Of a stretch of 64,000 nucleotides of DNA, positions 9,481-18,923 are shown piece by piece. Every line of letters starts with the position of its first letter. Position 1 is the stretch's first letter. The notes below the pieces were generated by a model. The model was given only the letters and a program-made list of their open reading frames with translations. It was not told the DNA's origin and did no database searches. Source of the stretch: Candidatus Nomurabacteria bacterium. GTDB lineage: Bacteria > Patescibacteriota > Minisyncoccia > Phycocordibacterales > UBA5272. The DNA lies in the NCBI GenBank assembly GCA_040376695.1, contig JBEIQD010000001.1, positions 15,615 through 79,614 of the forward strand. Direction: 5' to 3'. Both the position numbers and the translations under genes were made by a program.

Positions 9481-9891
9481 TTATGCATGAACGATTTCAG
9501 GTAGAAGACCTGATCGCTTGCGCTTACCTCTGTGTCCACCAGAACTGTTAATAAGTTTGTAGTTCACAGAGACGATGTTTGCAAATGGTTCCACACCTTG
9601 AATCCGTGTGCCGAATTTATTTGGAGAACCACTCTCATCTAGTTGGTGCGGTTGCACTGTTAGTTTTTCTACTCTTTTTTCTGAGTGCAACAGAAAGAGA
9701 ATACTGTTGTGATCATTCAGTGTAAGACTCGGATGAATCTTAATGATGCTCTCATAAATCTCAGCCTCTTCTTTCCACTGACTAGGGCTAAGGAGCGCCA
9801 AGTAGTCATCCACTGGCCACTTCTTTTTAGTGGGGTAAAACAGGCATACAAGTAAAAATGAGATACCAAGGGCAAGTAGTATCGCTTCCAT
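9481..9891 (-). CDS. Orphan membrane-anchored protein (136 aa), possible winged-helix domain
   Basis: Start moved to ATG 9891 because of the AAGGAGG SD at 9897-9903; N-terminal TM followed by KKK; basic C-terminus. Confidence 0.7.
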   Translation of the reverse strand: MEAILLALGISFLLVCLFYPTKKKWPVDDYLALLSPSQWKEEAEIYESIIKIHPSLTLNDHNSILFLLHSEKRVEKLTVQPHQLDESGSPNKFGTRIQGVEPFANIVSVNYKLINSSGGHRGKRKRSGLLPEIVHA

Positions 9892-9999
9892 CGGAACCTC
9901 CTTTGTGTAAAGTTGAACAATTGGTAGGAACTTTACCATACACTTCTTCTTGGTGTCTAGTGGGAGCTTCTGAAGTAATTTGGTATACTTTACATCATT

Positions 10000-11451
10000 A
10001 TGGCATCAATCGATGAGCTTCGCGCAGAGCGCCTCAAAAAATTACAAGCGTTGGAAGAGTTAGGTAAGTCAGGATTCCCATCAGTCTCACGAAGAACACA
10101 TGAATTAAGTGATATTGTTCGTAATTTCCAAGAACTAGAAAAGTCCGGCACTCAGGTTATTGTAACGGGAAGAGTTATGGTTTCGCGTGGGCAAGGAGCT
10201 CTCATCTTTATTGACCTTTACGATGGAACAGCGAAACTCCAAGCTGTTATTAAACTTCCTGAGTCTGGTGAAGAGGCTCATACATTCTTTACAACGTATG
10301 TTGATACGGGGGATTTTATTGAGGTAACAGGAACGTTGTTTACAACAAAGTCAGGGCAGGAGAGTGTACTAGTTACAAATGTTTCTATGCTTTCAAAAGC
10401 ACTTCTTCCACTTCCTGATAAGTATCATGGTATTCAGGATGAGGAACTTCGTATGCGTGAACGGTATTTAGATATTCTTACAAATCCTGAACTTCGTGAG
10501 CTACTTGAAAAGAAAGCAAAGTTTTGGGAAGTGGTTCGCTCATTCCTACGTGACAAAAAGTTTCTTGAAGTTGAAACGCCAACCATTGAAGTAACAACAG
10601 GAGGGGCCGAAGCTCGTCCATTTGCAACACACCACAATGATTTTGATCTTGATGTGTTCATGCGTATTTCTGTTGGAGAGCTATGGCAAAAGAGATTGAT
10701 GGCAGCAGGACTTCCAAAGACGTTTGAAATAGGTCGTGTATACAGAAATGAAGGATCTTCCCCAGAACACGTTCAAGAATTCACTAACTGTGAATTCTAT
10801 ATGGCCTACGCCGATTATGAAGACGGTATGAAGTTTGTAGAGGAGTTATACAAGAAGGTTGCAGAAGAAGTATTTGGAACAACAACATTTACTACTCGAG
10901 GACATACATTTGATTTGACTGGTGAATGGAAACGAATTGATTACAGAGAAGAAGTTTTACGTCAGACTGGGGTTGATATTAGTACTGCGACTCTTGAACA
11001 GCTCGTAGCAAAGGCTAATGAACTTAAAATCAAATATGAAGGAGTGAACGAAGAGCGTCTTATTGATACATTGTGGAAGTATTGCCGTAAGAATATTTCA
11101 GGCCCAGCCTTTCTTATTAATCATCCATTACTTGTTGCTCCGCTTGCAAAGAAGAATAGTGATGGAATGACGGCGCAGATTTTCCAACCGATTCTTGCTG
11201 GTTCTGAAATTGGAAAAGGGTATTCTGAGTTGAATGATCCAATTGATCAACGAGCTCGTTTTGAAAAACAACAACAGCTCCTTTCAGGCGGAGATGAAGA
11301 AGCGATGATGGCTGATGATTCTTTCATTGAAATGCTTGAGCACGGCATGCCTCCAACATGTGGATTTGGATTCGGAGAGCGTTTATTTGCATTTTTGGCG
11401 GATAAGCCTATACGTGAGATTCACACGTTTCCTTTGGTAAAACCAAAATAG
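10000..11451 (+). CDS. lysS: Lysyl-tRNA synthetase (class II)
   Basis: RERYLD, GGAEARPFATHHN, FEIGRVYRNEG, GMPPTCGFGFG. Confidence 0.97.
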   Translation: MASIDELRAERLKKLQALEELGKSGFPSVSRRTHELSDIVRNFQELEKSGTQVIVTGRVMVSRGQGALIFIDLYDGTAKLQAVIKLPESGEEAHTFFTTYVDTGDFIEVTGTLFTTKSGQESVLVTNVSMLSKALLPLPDKYHGIQDEELRMRERYLDILTNPELRELLEKKAKFWEVVRSFLRDKKFLEVETPTIEVTTGGAEARPFATHHNDFDLDVFMRISVGELWQKRLMAAGLPKTFEIGRVYRNEGSSPEHVQEFTNCEFYMAYADYEDGMKFVEELYKKVAEEVFGTTTFTTRGHTFDLTGEWKRIDYREEVLRQTGVDISTATLEQLVAKANELKIKYEGVNEERLIDTLWKYCRKNISGPAFLINHPLLVAPLAKKNSDGMTAQIFQPILAGSEIGKGYSELNDPIDQRARFEKQQQLLSGGDEEAMMADDSFIEMLEHGMPPTCGFGFGERLFAFLADKPIREIHTFPLVKPK

Positions 11452-11466
11452 GGAATATTTTAAAAG

Positions 11467-11511
11467 GGATAAACGAAAAAGCACTACAATGTAGTGCTTT
11501 TTCGTTTATCC
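11467..11511. terminator. Long inverted repeat (22-bp arms, 1-nt loop) after lysS
   Basis: GGATAAACGAAAAAGCACTACA-A-TGTAGTGCTTTTTCGTTTATCC. Confidence 0.75.
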
Positions 11512-11540
11512 ACAGGGATTTTCTAGGATATTAAAAGATA

Positions 11541-11580
11541 AGTGGAGTATAATGGAGGCTAGTGGAGGATTGTGGGAGAT
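11541..11580 (+). promoter_or_regulatory. MraZ-binding direct repeats overlapping the dcw promoter
   Basis: AGTGGAGTAT/AATGGAGGCT/AGTGGAGGAT/TGTGGGAGAT, exact 10-bp period, spanning TATAAT; matches the known GTGG-N6 MraZ operator pattern. Confidence 0.85.
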
Positions 11581-11595
11581 TCTTCACAAATTAGT

Positions 11596-12030
11596 ATGCT
11601 GATAGGCCAATACACACACGAACTCGATCCGAAAAAACGACTGACCTTGCCAGCTAAATGGAGGACTTCGTTGGGGAAAAAAGTTGTTGTGACAAATGGT
11701 CTTGATGGATCGCTCTTTATATTCGCAGAAAAAGAATGGACAAGGATTGCAGAACAGCTTGCATCAAATGGATTCGGTAATGCCGATTCACGAAGTTTTA
11801 ACCGTGTGATGCTTGCACATGCGTTTGAAACAGACATTGATGCACAGGGACGCATCCTTATTCCTGATACATTGAAGGACTCAGCGGGACTTAGTTCTAA
11901 AGTAGTTCTTGCTGGTATGTATTCACGTATTGAAATGTGGGATGAAGGAAGATGGAAAGAATATTCAAAGAAAGCTCTTGGCGAAGCTGATGCTTTAGCC
12001 TCGAAGTTGAGTGATCTAGGTTTACTATAG
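11596..12030 (+). CDS. mraZ: Division/cell-wall cluster transcription regulator MraZ
   Basis: MLIGQYTHELDPKKRLTLP, DAQGRILIP; start moved to ATG 11596. Confidence 0.95.
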   Translation: MLIGQYTHELDPKKRLTLPAKWRTSLGKKVVVTNGLDGSLFIFAEKEWTRIAEQLASNGFGNADSRSFNRVMLAHAFETDIDAQGRILIPDTLKDSAGLSSKVVLAGMYSRIEMWDEGRWKEYSKKALGEADALASKLSDLGLL

Positions 12031-12048
12031 GTGGTGACATTTACGACC

Positions 12049-12942
12049 ATGTCACATATACCAGTACTTTTACATGAATCTCTAGAAGGTTTAGCTATAC
12101 AAGAAGGTGGCGTGTACGTTGATTGCACAACCAATCGCGGAGGCCACAGTTTAGAAATAGCTAAAGCTTTGGGAAAAAACGGAACACTTATCTGTATTGA
12201 TCTTGATCAAGTGGCGCTTGAAGAAGCAAAAAATAAACTAGATGCATTAGAAGGGAAACCTACTATTCATTACGTTCATTCTAACTTCAGACATTTACAA
12301 GCAATACTTGCAGACTTACAAATAGAAAAGGTTAATGGAGTGCTTGCGGACTTGGGACTTTCATCTCAAGAGCTAGATAGTTCGAAGAGAGGGTTTTCTT
12401 TCAGATTTGATGAGCCGCTCCTGATGACCTTCCATGCATCTCCAAGTGAAGACATGACAACAGCGTATGACATTGTTAACACTTGGAATGAAGAATCAAT
12501 TGCAGACGTCATTTATGGTTTCGCTGACGAAACCTACTCACGACGTATTGCAAAAAGAATCATTGATGCGCGACAGCGGGGAAAGATAGAAACAACACTT
12601 CAGTTGGTGGATATCATCGCTTCCGCTGTTCCAGCTGACTATCGCCATAAGAAGACGCACTTTGCTACAAAAACATTTCAAGCGCTTCGCATGGCGGTGA
12701 ATGATGAACTGGGAAGTATCCACGATCTTATTTCATCACTTCCTCAGGTATTACAAGTAGGAGGACGTGCCGCAATCATAACCTTTCATTCGACTGAAGA
12801 TAGAATCGTCAAGAAAGAATTAAGAAGTTTACCTGAATCCTTAACAATTATTAACAAGAAAGCAATCGTTCCAACAGATGAGGAATTAGAACATAACCCT
12901 CGTGCACGAAGTGCCCAGTTACGTATCGCCGAAAAAATATAA
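12049..12942 (+). CDS. rsmH: 16S rRNA m4C1402 methyltransferase RsmH
   Basis: HIPVLL, GGHS, DLGLSS, RGFSF, FQALRMAVNDEL, NPRARSA. Confidence 0.97.
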   Translation: MSHIPVLLHESLEGLAIQEGGVYVDCTTNRGGHSLEIAKALGKNGTLICIDLDQVALEEAKNKLDALEGKPTIHYVHSNFRHLQAILADLQIEKVNGVLADLGLSSQELDSSKRGFSFRFDEPLLMTFHASPSEDMTTAYDIVNTWNEESIADVIYGFADETYSRRIAKRIIDARQRGKIETTLQLVDIIASAVPADYRHKKTHFATKTFQALRMAVNDELGSIHDLISSLPQVLQVGGRAAIITFHSTEDRIVKKELRSLPESLTIINKKAIVPTDEELEHNPRARSAQLRIAEKI

Positions 12943-12956
12943 GCTATCCCTTACCT

Positions 12957-13274
12957 ATGTCATCACGCTACCAATCAATTACACTTTTCGAACGCACTGT
13001 TCACACCATGTTTGGTTCTCTTATGGTGCTTGCGCTCATTTATTGTGTGGTACTGCTCTCATTAATTTTTTCGGTAATTGAACGTAAACAAAACGCTCTC
13101 GCAAGTCGAGATTTAACCTCTACAGTTAGTGCTTTGGAAGCAAAGTATGCAAATAGTGTTGCTTCTATTAATGACGCGACACTTCTTGCTAATAATTATA
13201 AGAGAATAGACGGTGCAACATTTGCGGTACGCAAAGATGCTATAGCTAGTTATACTGTGCTCTATGCACGCTAA
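12957..13274 (+). CDS. FtsL-like single-TM coiled-coil protein
   Basis: TM plus coiled coil between rsmH and ftsI (synteny only). Confidence 0.65.
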   Translation: MSSRYQSITLFERTVHTMFGSLMVLALIYCVVLLSLIFSVIERKQNALASRDLTSTVSALEAKYANSVASINDATLLANNYKRIDGATFAVRKDAIASYTVLYAR

Positions 13275-15015
13275 TCCTGAGGAACAAATAAACGAAGATC
13301 AGAGACTGAGATCAGAAGACAGGTCGCATCTCGTTATGCTTTTGTGGTTTCTTGTGGCGCTCTTTATTGCCTCACGAGCTTTTTATATTCAAGTGGTTAA
13401 GCATTCGTATTATGTAGATGTTGCAGATAGGCAATATATAACAAATGGACCTGTAAATTTCGACAGAGGTACGGTATTCTTTTCTCACTATAGAGAAGAG
13501 TTAGTTCCAGCTGCGCAACTTTCAACAACCTATCGTGTGGCAATAGATCCAACCGCAATTAAAAATGCAACATCTACATATGAAAAACTTGTGACCCATA
13601 TTCCTCTTTTAGACAATGTTTCTTTTATGGCCCGCGCAACTAAAGAAGGAGATCCGTATGAAGAAATAGCAAAAGATATTTCTGCTGAAACAGTTGCTCA
13701 AATAAAACTAGAAAAACTAACTGGAGTAAGTTTCGTAAAAGATAATAAGCGAGCATATCCTCAGATGGATGTGGGGTCAAAAATTTTAGGATTCGTAGGT
13801 AATGATGGTTCTCGGATTAAAGGACAGTACGGTATTGAACGATATTATAATGATGTACTTTCAAGATCAGGAAGCAATCAGTCGGTGAATTTCTTTGCAG
13901 AGCTTTTTGCAGATATCGAAAAAACAACTATTTCTAATACTGATGCAAAGGAAGGGGATATTGTTCTCACAATCGACGCGGAAGCAGAACGTGCGCTCCA
14001 TAATGCTTTAGTAGAAACAAAAAAGGAGTGGAACTCAGATATTATTGGGGGAATCATTATGGATCCACAAACAGGAGATATTCTTGCAATGGACTCTCTC
14101 CCTTCCTTTGATCCGAATGCGTATTCAAACGTAGAAGACGCAAGTTTCTTTTTGAATCAGAACGTTTCAGGGGTGTATGAAATGGGAAGTATTATTAAGC
14201 CTCTGACTGTTGCAGCAGCGCTTGATAGCGGTGCCGTAACAGAAGAGACAACCTATAACGACACAGGATTTCGTGATCTTAACGGGTATAAAGTTAAAAA
14301 CTTTGATGGACAAGCTCGAGGTGCAGGAACTAAAATACAGACAATACTTGATAAGTCTCTCAACGTTGGTATTGTGTTCTTGGTTGAGCAGCTTGGCACT
14401 AAACGATTTCAACAATACTTTAAAAACTTTGGACTCGGAGAAGAAACTGGTATTGATCTCCCAGGAGAGGCGAGTGGCCTTACAAAGAACTTAGATAGTA
14501 ATGTGCTCGTTGATAGCGCTACTGCTGGCTTCGGGCAGGGTATTGCGGTGACTCCTATTCAAACAGTTCGAGCCCTTGCATCTCTTGGAAACGGTGGAAA
14601 ACTGGTTAACCCTCATGTTGTGGATACCATTATCTACAAAAATGGTACAACAAAAAAGATTGTTCAAGACCCACCAACACAGGTTATAACCGAGAAAACA
14701 AGTGAAGAGATTTCACGCATGCTGGTGCATGTTGTAGATACTGCACTTAAAAACGGAACGTACAAAATGGACAGATATTCAATTGCTGCCAAAACAGGAA
14801 CAGCTCAAATAGCAAAACCAGGAGGAGGATATTATGAAGATAGGTACCTTCACTCATTCTTTGGATACTTTCCAGCATACGAACCAAAATATATTATTTT
14901 CTTGTATCACACGAATCCAAAAGGTGCCGAGTACGCCTCAGCAACGCTCACAGACCCATTCTTTAAGTTAGTTAAATTTCTCATCTCATATTACGAAGTT
15001 CCACCAGACCGTTAG
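13264..15015 (+). CDS. ftsI: Class B penicillin-binding protein FtsI/PBP3
   Basis: SIIK, SLN, KTG motifs; dcw context. Confidence 0.88.
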   Translation: MHANPEEQINEDQRLRSEDRSHLVMLLWFLVALFIASRAFYIQVVKHSYYVDVADRQYITNGPVNFDRGTVFFSHYREELVPAAQLSTTYRVAIDPTAIKNATSTYEKLVTHIPLLDNVSFMARATKEGDPYEEIAKDISAETVAQIKLEKLTGVSFVKDNKRAYPQMDVGSKILGFVGNDGSRIKGQYGIERYYNDVLSRSGSNQSVNFFAELFADIEKTTISNTDAKEGDIVLTIDAEAERALHNALVETKKEWNSDIIGGIIMDPQTGDILAMDSLPSFDPNAYSNVEDASFFLNQNVSGVYEMGSIIKPLTVAAALDSGAVTEETTYNDTGFRDLNGYKVKNFDGQARGAGTKIQTILDKSLNVGIVFLVEQLGTKRFQQYFKNFGLGEETGIDLPGEASGLTKNLDSNVLVDSATAGFGQGIAVTPIQTVRALASLGNGGKLVNPHVVDTIIYKNGTTKKIVQDPPTQVITEKTSEEISRMLVHVVDTALKNGTYKMDRYSIAAKTGTAQIAKPGGGYYEDRYLHSFFGYFPAYEPKYIIFLYHTNPKGAEYASATLTDPFFKLVKFLISYYEVPPDR

Positions 15016-15048
15016 TTTCATTTTTACATTCCATGCTAGTATGGCTCT

Positions 15049-15858
15049 ATGATTAAAAAGACTTCTGCAAAAAAGAAGATACCAGCTTCCGTTACTAAAG
15101 ATACTTCGTGGGGTGGAGTGGCTGAGTGGTATGACAAGCATCTCGAGAAAGGAACTGATACCTATCATGATAAAGTAGTTCATCCAAACCTTTTGCGTAT
15201 GTTGGGAGATGTTAAGGGAAAGCAAATGCTTGATCTTGGATGTGGCCAAGGGATTTTCTCGCGCTTACTTGCGGACGCTGGCGCTCATGTTGTTGGTGTT
15301 GATCTTGGAAAAGAACTCATTGCGATTGCTGAGAAGAAAAATGCTGAGTATTCGTTTAAGATTCATTATTTCCATGGAGCATCTGATGACCTCTATATGG
15401 TTAAGGATGAAACAAAAGATATTGTCGTGTGTGTTCTTGCTCTTCAAAATATTGAAAAGCTACAAGGTACAGTGACAGAAGTGGTTCGCACACTTAAGAA
15501 AGGTGGAAAGTTTTTTGTAGTGCTCAATCACCCAAGCTTTAGAAACCCACGACACACTCATTGGGGGTATGACGAACATGAAAAGGTTCAGTATCGTCGA
15601 GTGAATGAGTATCTTAGTGAATCAAAGATAAAAATTGATATGACTCCAGGCGCTATTAAGGATAAGAAATTTACTGTTTCTTTCCATCGTCCACTTCAGG
15701 TGTATGTGAAGGCATTTGGAAAACATGGACTAGCAGTTACGAGACTTGAGGAATGGGAATCTCATCGTGCGAGTCAAAATGGACCACGAAAAGACGCTGA
15801 AGACAAAGCTCGAAAAGAGATACCACTTTTCTTGTGTTTGGAGATGGTAAAGCTGTAA
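15049..15858 (+). CDS. Class I SAM-dependent methyltransferase
   Basis: MLDLGCGQG motif I; LKKGGKF. Confidence 0.88.
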   Translation: MIKKTSAKKKIPASVTKDTSWGGVAEWYDKHLEKGTDTYHDKVVHPNLLRMLGDVKGKQMLDLGCGQGIFSRLLADAGAHVVGVDLGKELIAIAEKKNAEYSFKIHYFHGASDDLYMVKDETKDIVVCVLALQNIEKLQGTVTEVVRTLKKGGKFFVVLNHPSFRNPRHTHWGYDEHEKVQYRRVNEYLSESKIKIDMTPGAIKDKKFTVSFHRPLQVYVKAFGKHGLAVTRLEEWESHRASQNGPRKDAEDKARKEIPLFLCLEMVKL

Positions 15859-15894
15859 AAAACATTAAAAGTGAGTGTGATACACTAGGATAAT

Positions 15895-16560
15895 ATGAAA
15901 AAATTATCACGCTTTCTTACAACAACTGAAGGAAAATTCCTCACTTTTATTGGAGCTTTAATAGTGCTTTCTTTCGCATATTACTTTTATGCAATGAGTA
16001 CACGAGCAAACCTACCAACACCAGAAGTTACTGTTAACGAACAGGATCATGTTCGCGGAACTGTAGGCGGAAAGGTTACACTTGTTGAATTCGGTGACTT
16101 ACAATGTCCAGCCTGTGGTGCGTATGAACCAATTGTTCGCCAAGTAATTGCTGACAATGCAGGGACATTGCAGTTCGTCTTTAAACATTTTCCACTTACA
16201 CAGATTCACCAGAATGCCTTACTCTCCGCAAAGGCATCTGAAGCAGCAGCGCTTCAGGGTAAGTTTTGGGAAATGCATGACATTCTCTATGACAAACAAA
16301 CAGAGTGGTCAGGAAGTTTAAATGCTCGCGATATGTTCGTTGGATATGCTACAACATTAGGGCTTGATGCTGAGAAGTTTTCAACTGATCTTAATAACGC
16401 TTCTATCGAAGAGAAGATTATTGCTGAGTATAAGGAAGGAGTATCTCTTGGTGTACAAGGAACTCCAACATTTTTCCTTAATGGAAAGAAAATTGATAAC
16501 CCAGGAAGTGTCGATGCGTTTAATAAGTTAATTAAAGAAGCAGCTGCTTCAGCTAACTAA
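15895..16560 (+). CDS. Membrane-anchored DsbA-family thiol-disulfide oxidoreductase
   Basis: EFGDLQCPAC, KHFPL, GVQGTPTFFLNG; N-terminal TM. Confidence 0.92.
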   Translation: MKKLSRFLTTTEGKFLTFIGALIVLSFAYYFYAMSTRANLPTPEVTVNEQDHVRGTVGGKVTLVEFGDLQCPACGAYEPIVRQVIADNAGTLQFVFKHFPLTQIHQNALLSAKASEAAALQGKFWEMHDILYDKQTEWSGSLNARDMFVGYATTLGLDAEKFSTDLNNASIEEKIIAEYKEGVSLGVQGTPTFFLNGKKIDNPGSVDAFNKLIKEAAASAN

Positions 16561-16562
16561 AT

Positions 16563-16790
16563 ATGATAAAAGAGTTTTTCTTAAAACAAGCCGTTAAACA
16601 CGGAACAAAGGACCTTCCAAAGGAACAGCAAGAGATGTTGCAAGTTGCAGTAGAAAAGAACCCTGAGCTCTTCACAAAGATTGCAAAAGAGATTGAAGTT
16701 CTGAAGAAGCAGGGGAAGCCAGAGATGTATGCAGCACTTGATGTGATGAAGAAGTATCAGAAAGAAATGCAGGAATTGTTTCAGAAATAA
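16563..16790 (+). CDS. Small helical hypothetical protein (75 aa)
   Basis: ORF tightly coupled to the DsbA gene and followed by a terminator. Confidence 0.7.
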   Translation: MIKEFFLKQAVKHGTKDLPKEQQEMLQVAVEKNPELFTKIAKEIEVLKKQGKPEMYAALDVMKKYQKEMQELFQK

Positions 16791-16804
16791 ATATTACTTT
16801 TTAG

Positions 16805-16831
16805 AAAGAGTGGCTACAGCCACTCTTTTTT
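16805..16831 (+). terminator. Rho-independent terminator
   Basis: AAAGAGTGGCT-AC-AGCCACTCTTTTTT. Confidence 0.75.
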
Positions 16832-16849
16832 GTTATAGTAAGGAACATT

Positions 16850-17947
16850 ATGTCACTCTCAATCGGTATTGTGGGTCTTCCAAATGTTGGTAAATCAACA
16901 CTCTTTAACGCGCTCACTAAAAAGAGTGTTCCTGCTGATAACTATCCTTTTTGTACGATTGACCCATCAGTTGGTATTGTTCCTGTTCCTGATGAACGAC
17001 TTGAGGTGCTTTCAAAAATTTCTGGTTCAAAGAAAATTATTCCAGCGATTGTAGAGTTCGTAGATATTGCAGGTCTTGTAAAGGGAGCGTCTGAAGGACT
17101 TGGACTTGGTAATCAATTCCTCACACACATTCGCGAAACTGATGCGATTGCAGAAGTTGTTCGTATTTATGAGAATGCTGATCTTATTCACGTGGAAGGA
17201 ACAGTAGACCCAATGCGTGATATTGAAATCATTAACATGGAACTTATTTTGGCTGACATGCAGACGGTTGATAAGCGAGCTCAAACAATTGGGCGAGATG
17301 TAAAACGTGGAGACAAGGATGCAGTTAAGTTACAAGGTATTATCGAACGCCTCCAAAAACTCTTCGCTGAAGAAAAACTTGCCAACAGACTTGAGCTTGA
17401 TGAAGAAGAACACAAACTTGTGCGTGATTTACATCTCATTACCATGAAACCGTTCCTGTATGTTTTGAATAAACAATCAGGTGGAAAGAATTTGGATGAA
17501 ATGAAAGACCCACGATTTGATGCGCTTGTTGCATATTTCAAGGAGAATAAGTTTCACTACGTTGTAGTGGACGCAAAGATTGAAGATGAGCTTAAAGATT
17601 TTGAAGGGACTGAGCGTGATGAAATGCGTTCTGAACTTGGCGCGCATGACAGCGGTGTCGATCATCTTATTAAAGCAGGCTACGATCTTCTTGGACTTGA
17701 GACGTATCTTACGACAGGGGAAATGGAAACACGCGCATGGACAATCAAGAAAGGTTCTACTGCACCGCGCGCTGCAGCTGCTATTCATTCTGATTTTGAA
17801 ACAAAGTTTATTCGCGCTGAAGTTGTGGCCTGTGAAGATTTAGTAAAATCTGGAAGTTTTGGAGATGCAAAGGCTAAAGGAGTGCTACGAACAGAAGGGA
17901 AAGAATACATCGTTAAAGATGGAGATGTTATAGAGTTTAAGATTTAA
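16850..17947 (+). CDS. ychF: Ribosome-binding ATPase YchF
   Basis: GIVGLPNVGKSTLFNAL, NYPFCTIDP, DIAGLVKGAS, EGKEYIVKDGDV. Confidence 0.97.
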   Translation: MSLSIGIVGLPNVGKSTLFNALTKKSVPADNYPFCTIDPSVGIVPVPDERLEVLSKISGSKKIIPAIVEFVDIAGLVKGASEGLGLGNQFLTHIRETDAIAEVVRIYENADLIHVEGTVDPMRDIEIINMELILADMQTVDKRAQTIGRDVKRGDKDAVKLQGIIERLQKLFAEEKLANRLELDEEEHKLVRDLHLITMKPFLYVLNKQSGGKNLDEMKDPRFDALVAYFKENKFHYVVVDAKIEDELKDFEGTERDEMRSELGAHDSGVDHLIKAGYDLLGLETYLTTGEMETRAWTIKKGSTAPRAAAAIHSDFETKFIRAEVVACEDLVKSGSFGDAKAKGVLRTEGKEYIVKDGDVIEFKI

Positions 17948-17964
17948 ACTGATATACTTTTTAC

Positions 17965-18414
17965 ATGTATATTCTTTACGCGCTTCTCGGTGCAGTGATG
18001 GCTTCTGTTGGAACTATTTTTGCAAAAGTTGGATTGAAAGGAGTGGACGCTAACCTCCTTACAGCACTTCGAGGAATTGTTATGGCGGTGGTTGTAACAC
18101 TCGCAGCACTTTCATTTGGGAAATTTACTCAAGCGGGGCTTTCATCTCTTACTGCTAAACACTGGTTCTTTATTGTTCTATCTGGGCTTGCAGGAGCGCT
18201 CTCATGGATATTCTTTTATCACGCACTATCCGCTGGACCAACAGTAACAGTAACCGTGCTTGATAAGTTGTCCCTCGTTTTTACTGCCGTTCTCGCAATG
18301 ATTGTATTAGCTGAAGGAATAACAGTACAAGCAGGGGTGGGGCTTATATTGGTGGTTGTGGGAACGATTCTCGTCGCAATCCCTTGGAATACCTTGATTT
18401 CATTCATCAAATAG
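17965..18414 (+). CDS. EamA/DMT-family small transporter
   Basis: Five hydrophobic segments; FAKVGLKGVD, LDKLSLVFTAVLA. Confidence 0.85.
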   Translation: MYILYALLGAVMASVGTIFAKVGLKGVDANLLTALRGIVMAVVVTLAALSFGKFTQAGLSSLTAKHWFFIVLSGLAGALSWIFFYHALSAGPTVTVTVLDKLSLVFTAVLAMIVLAEGITVQAGVGLILVVVGTILVAIPWNTLISFIK

Positions 18415-18417
18415 ACC

Positions 18418-18447
18418 TTGACATAGGTGGTTAAATAATGCTATAAT
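18418..18447 (+). promoter_or_regulatory. Near-consensus sigma70 promoter
   Basis: TTGACA(18418-18423)-18 bp-TATAAT(18442-18447) with extended TG. Confidence 0.85.
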
Positions 18448-18452
18448 ATAGT

Positions 18453-18520
18453 CTCCAACTAACGCAGTTGCCATAGGTTTGTTGGTTCAGAGCGATGTCA
18501 CGTGACATCGCTCTTTTTTT
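18453..18520 (+). ncRNA. Candidate small RNA or attenuator leader (~65 nt)
   Basis: Strong promoter, then CCAACTAAC/GTTTGTTGG stem, then palindromic terminator AGAGCGATGTCAC|GTGACATCGCTCT plus T-run; no credible ORF inside. Confidence 0.55.
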
Positions 18521-18607
18521 ATTTGAATACACCTGTGCTTAACTTTTCTGTACAACGTATTTTTACTGATACTCTTAGTATTAGAGGCACAACAAAAGGA
18601 GACCACC

Positions 18608-18850
18608 ATGAATACTCTACATGGTAGTGTTGATTGTAAAACCTGTAAAGGTGAGCAGTCATACCCTGCTTGGTATGCAAATCAAGCAGAACAAAAAGTT
18701 AGTTTTTATTACGACCTGTGTTCCTGCACAGGAACAACAAATCATCGATTAGGTGAGGAAAGAATTAGTGAAGAAGAGCATGATCGCTTGAAGTTGCTGT
18801 GGGCAAAACCTGCCCCACCCAAAGATCAGTCGTTTCAAGCTGCTGCCTAA
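18608..18850 (+). CDS. Orphan small Cys-containing protein (80 aa, CxxC...CxC)
   Basis: AAGGAG SD at 18596-18601; hairpin plus T-run at 18849-18880. Confidence 0.7.
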   Translation: MNTLHGSVDCKTCKGEQSYPAWYANQAEQKVSFYYDLCSCTGTTNHRLGEERISEEEHDRLKLLWAKPAPPKDQSFQAAA

Positions 18851-18923
18851 AACGAGAAGCTCCACGCTTCCCGTTTTTCTTTTGTAAATTTCCTTCAGTA
18901 GAGTATTTTGCTATAATCAGACG

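Noticed and set aside
11541-11580. GGAGG runs upstream of mraZ as Shine-Dalgarno sites, with a GTG start at 11572
   Set aside because: They are 10-bp-phased MraZ operator repeats; the conserved MraZ N-terminus begins at ATG 11596.
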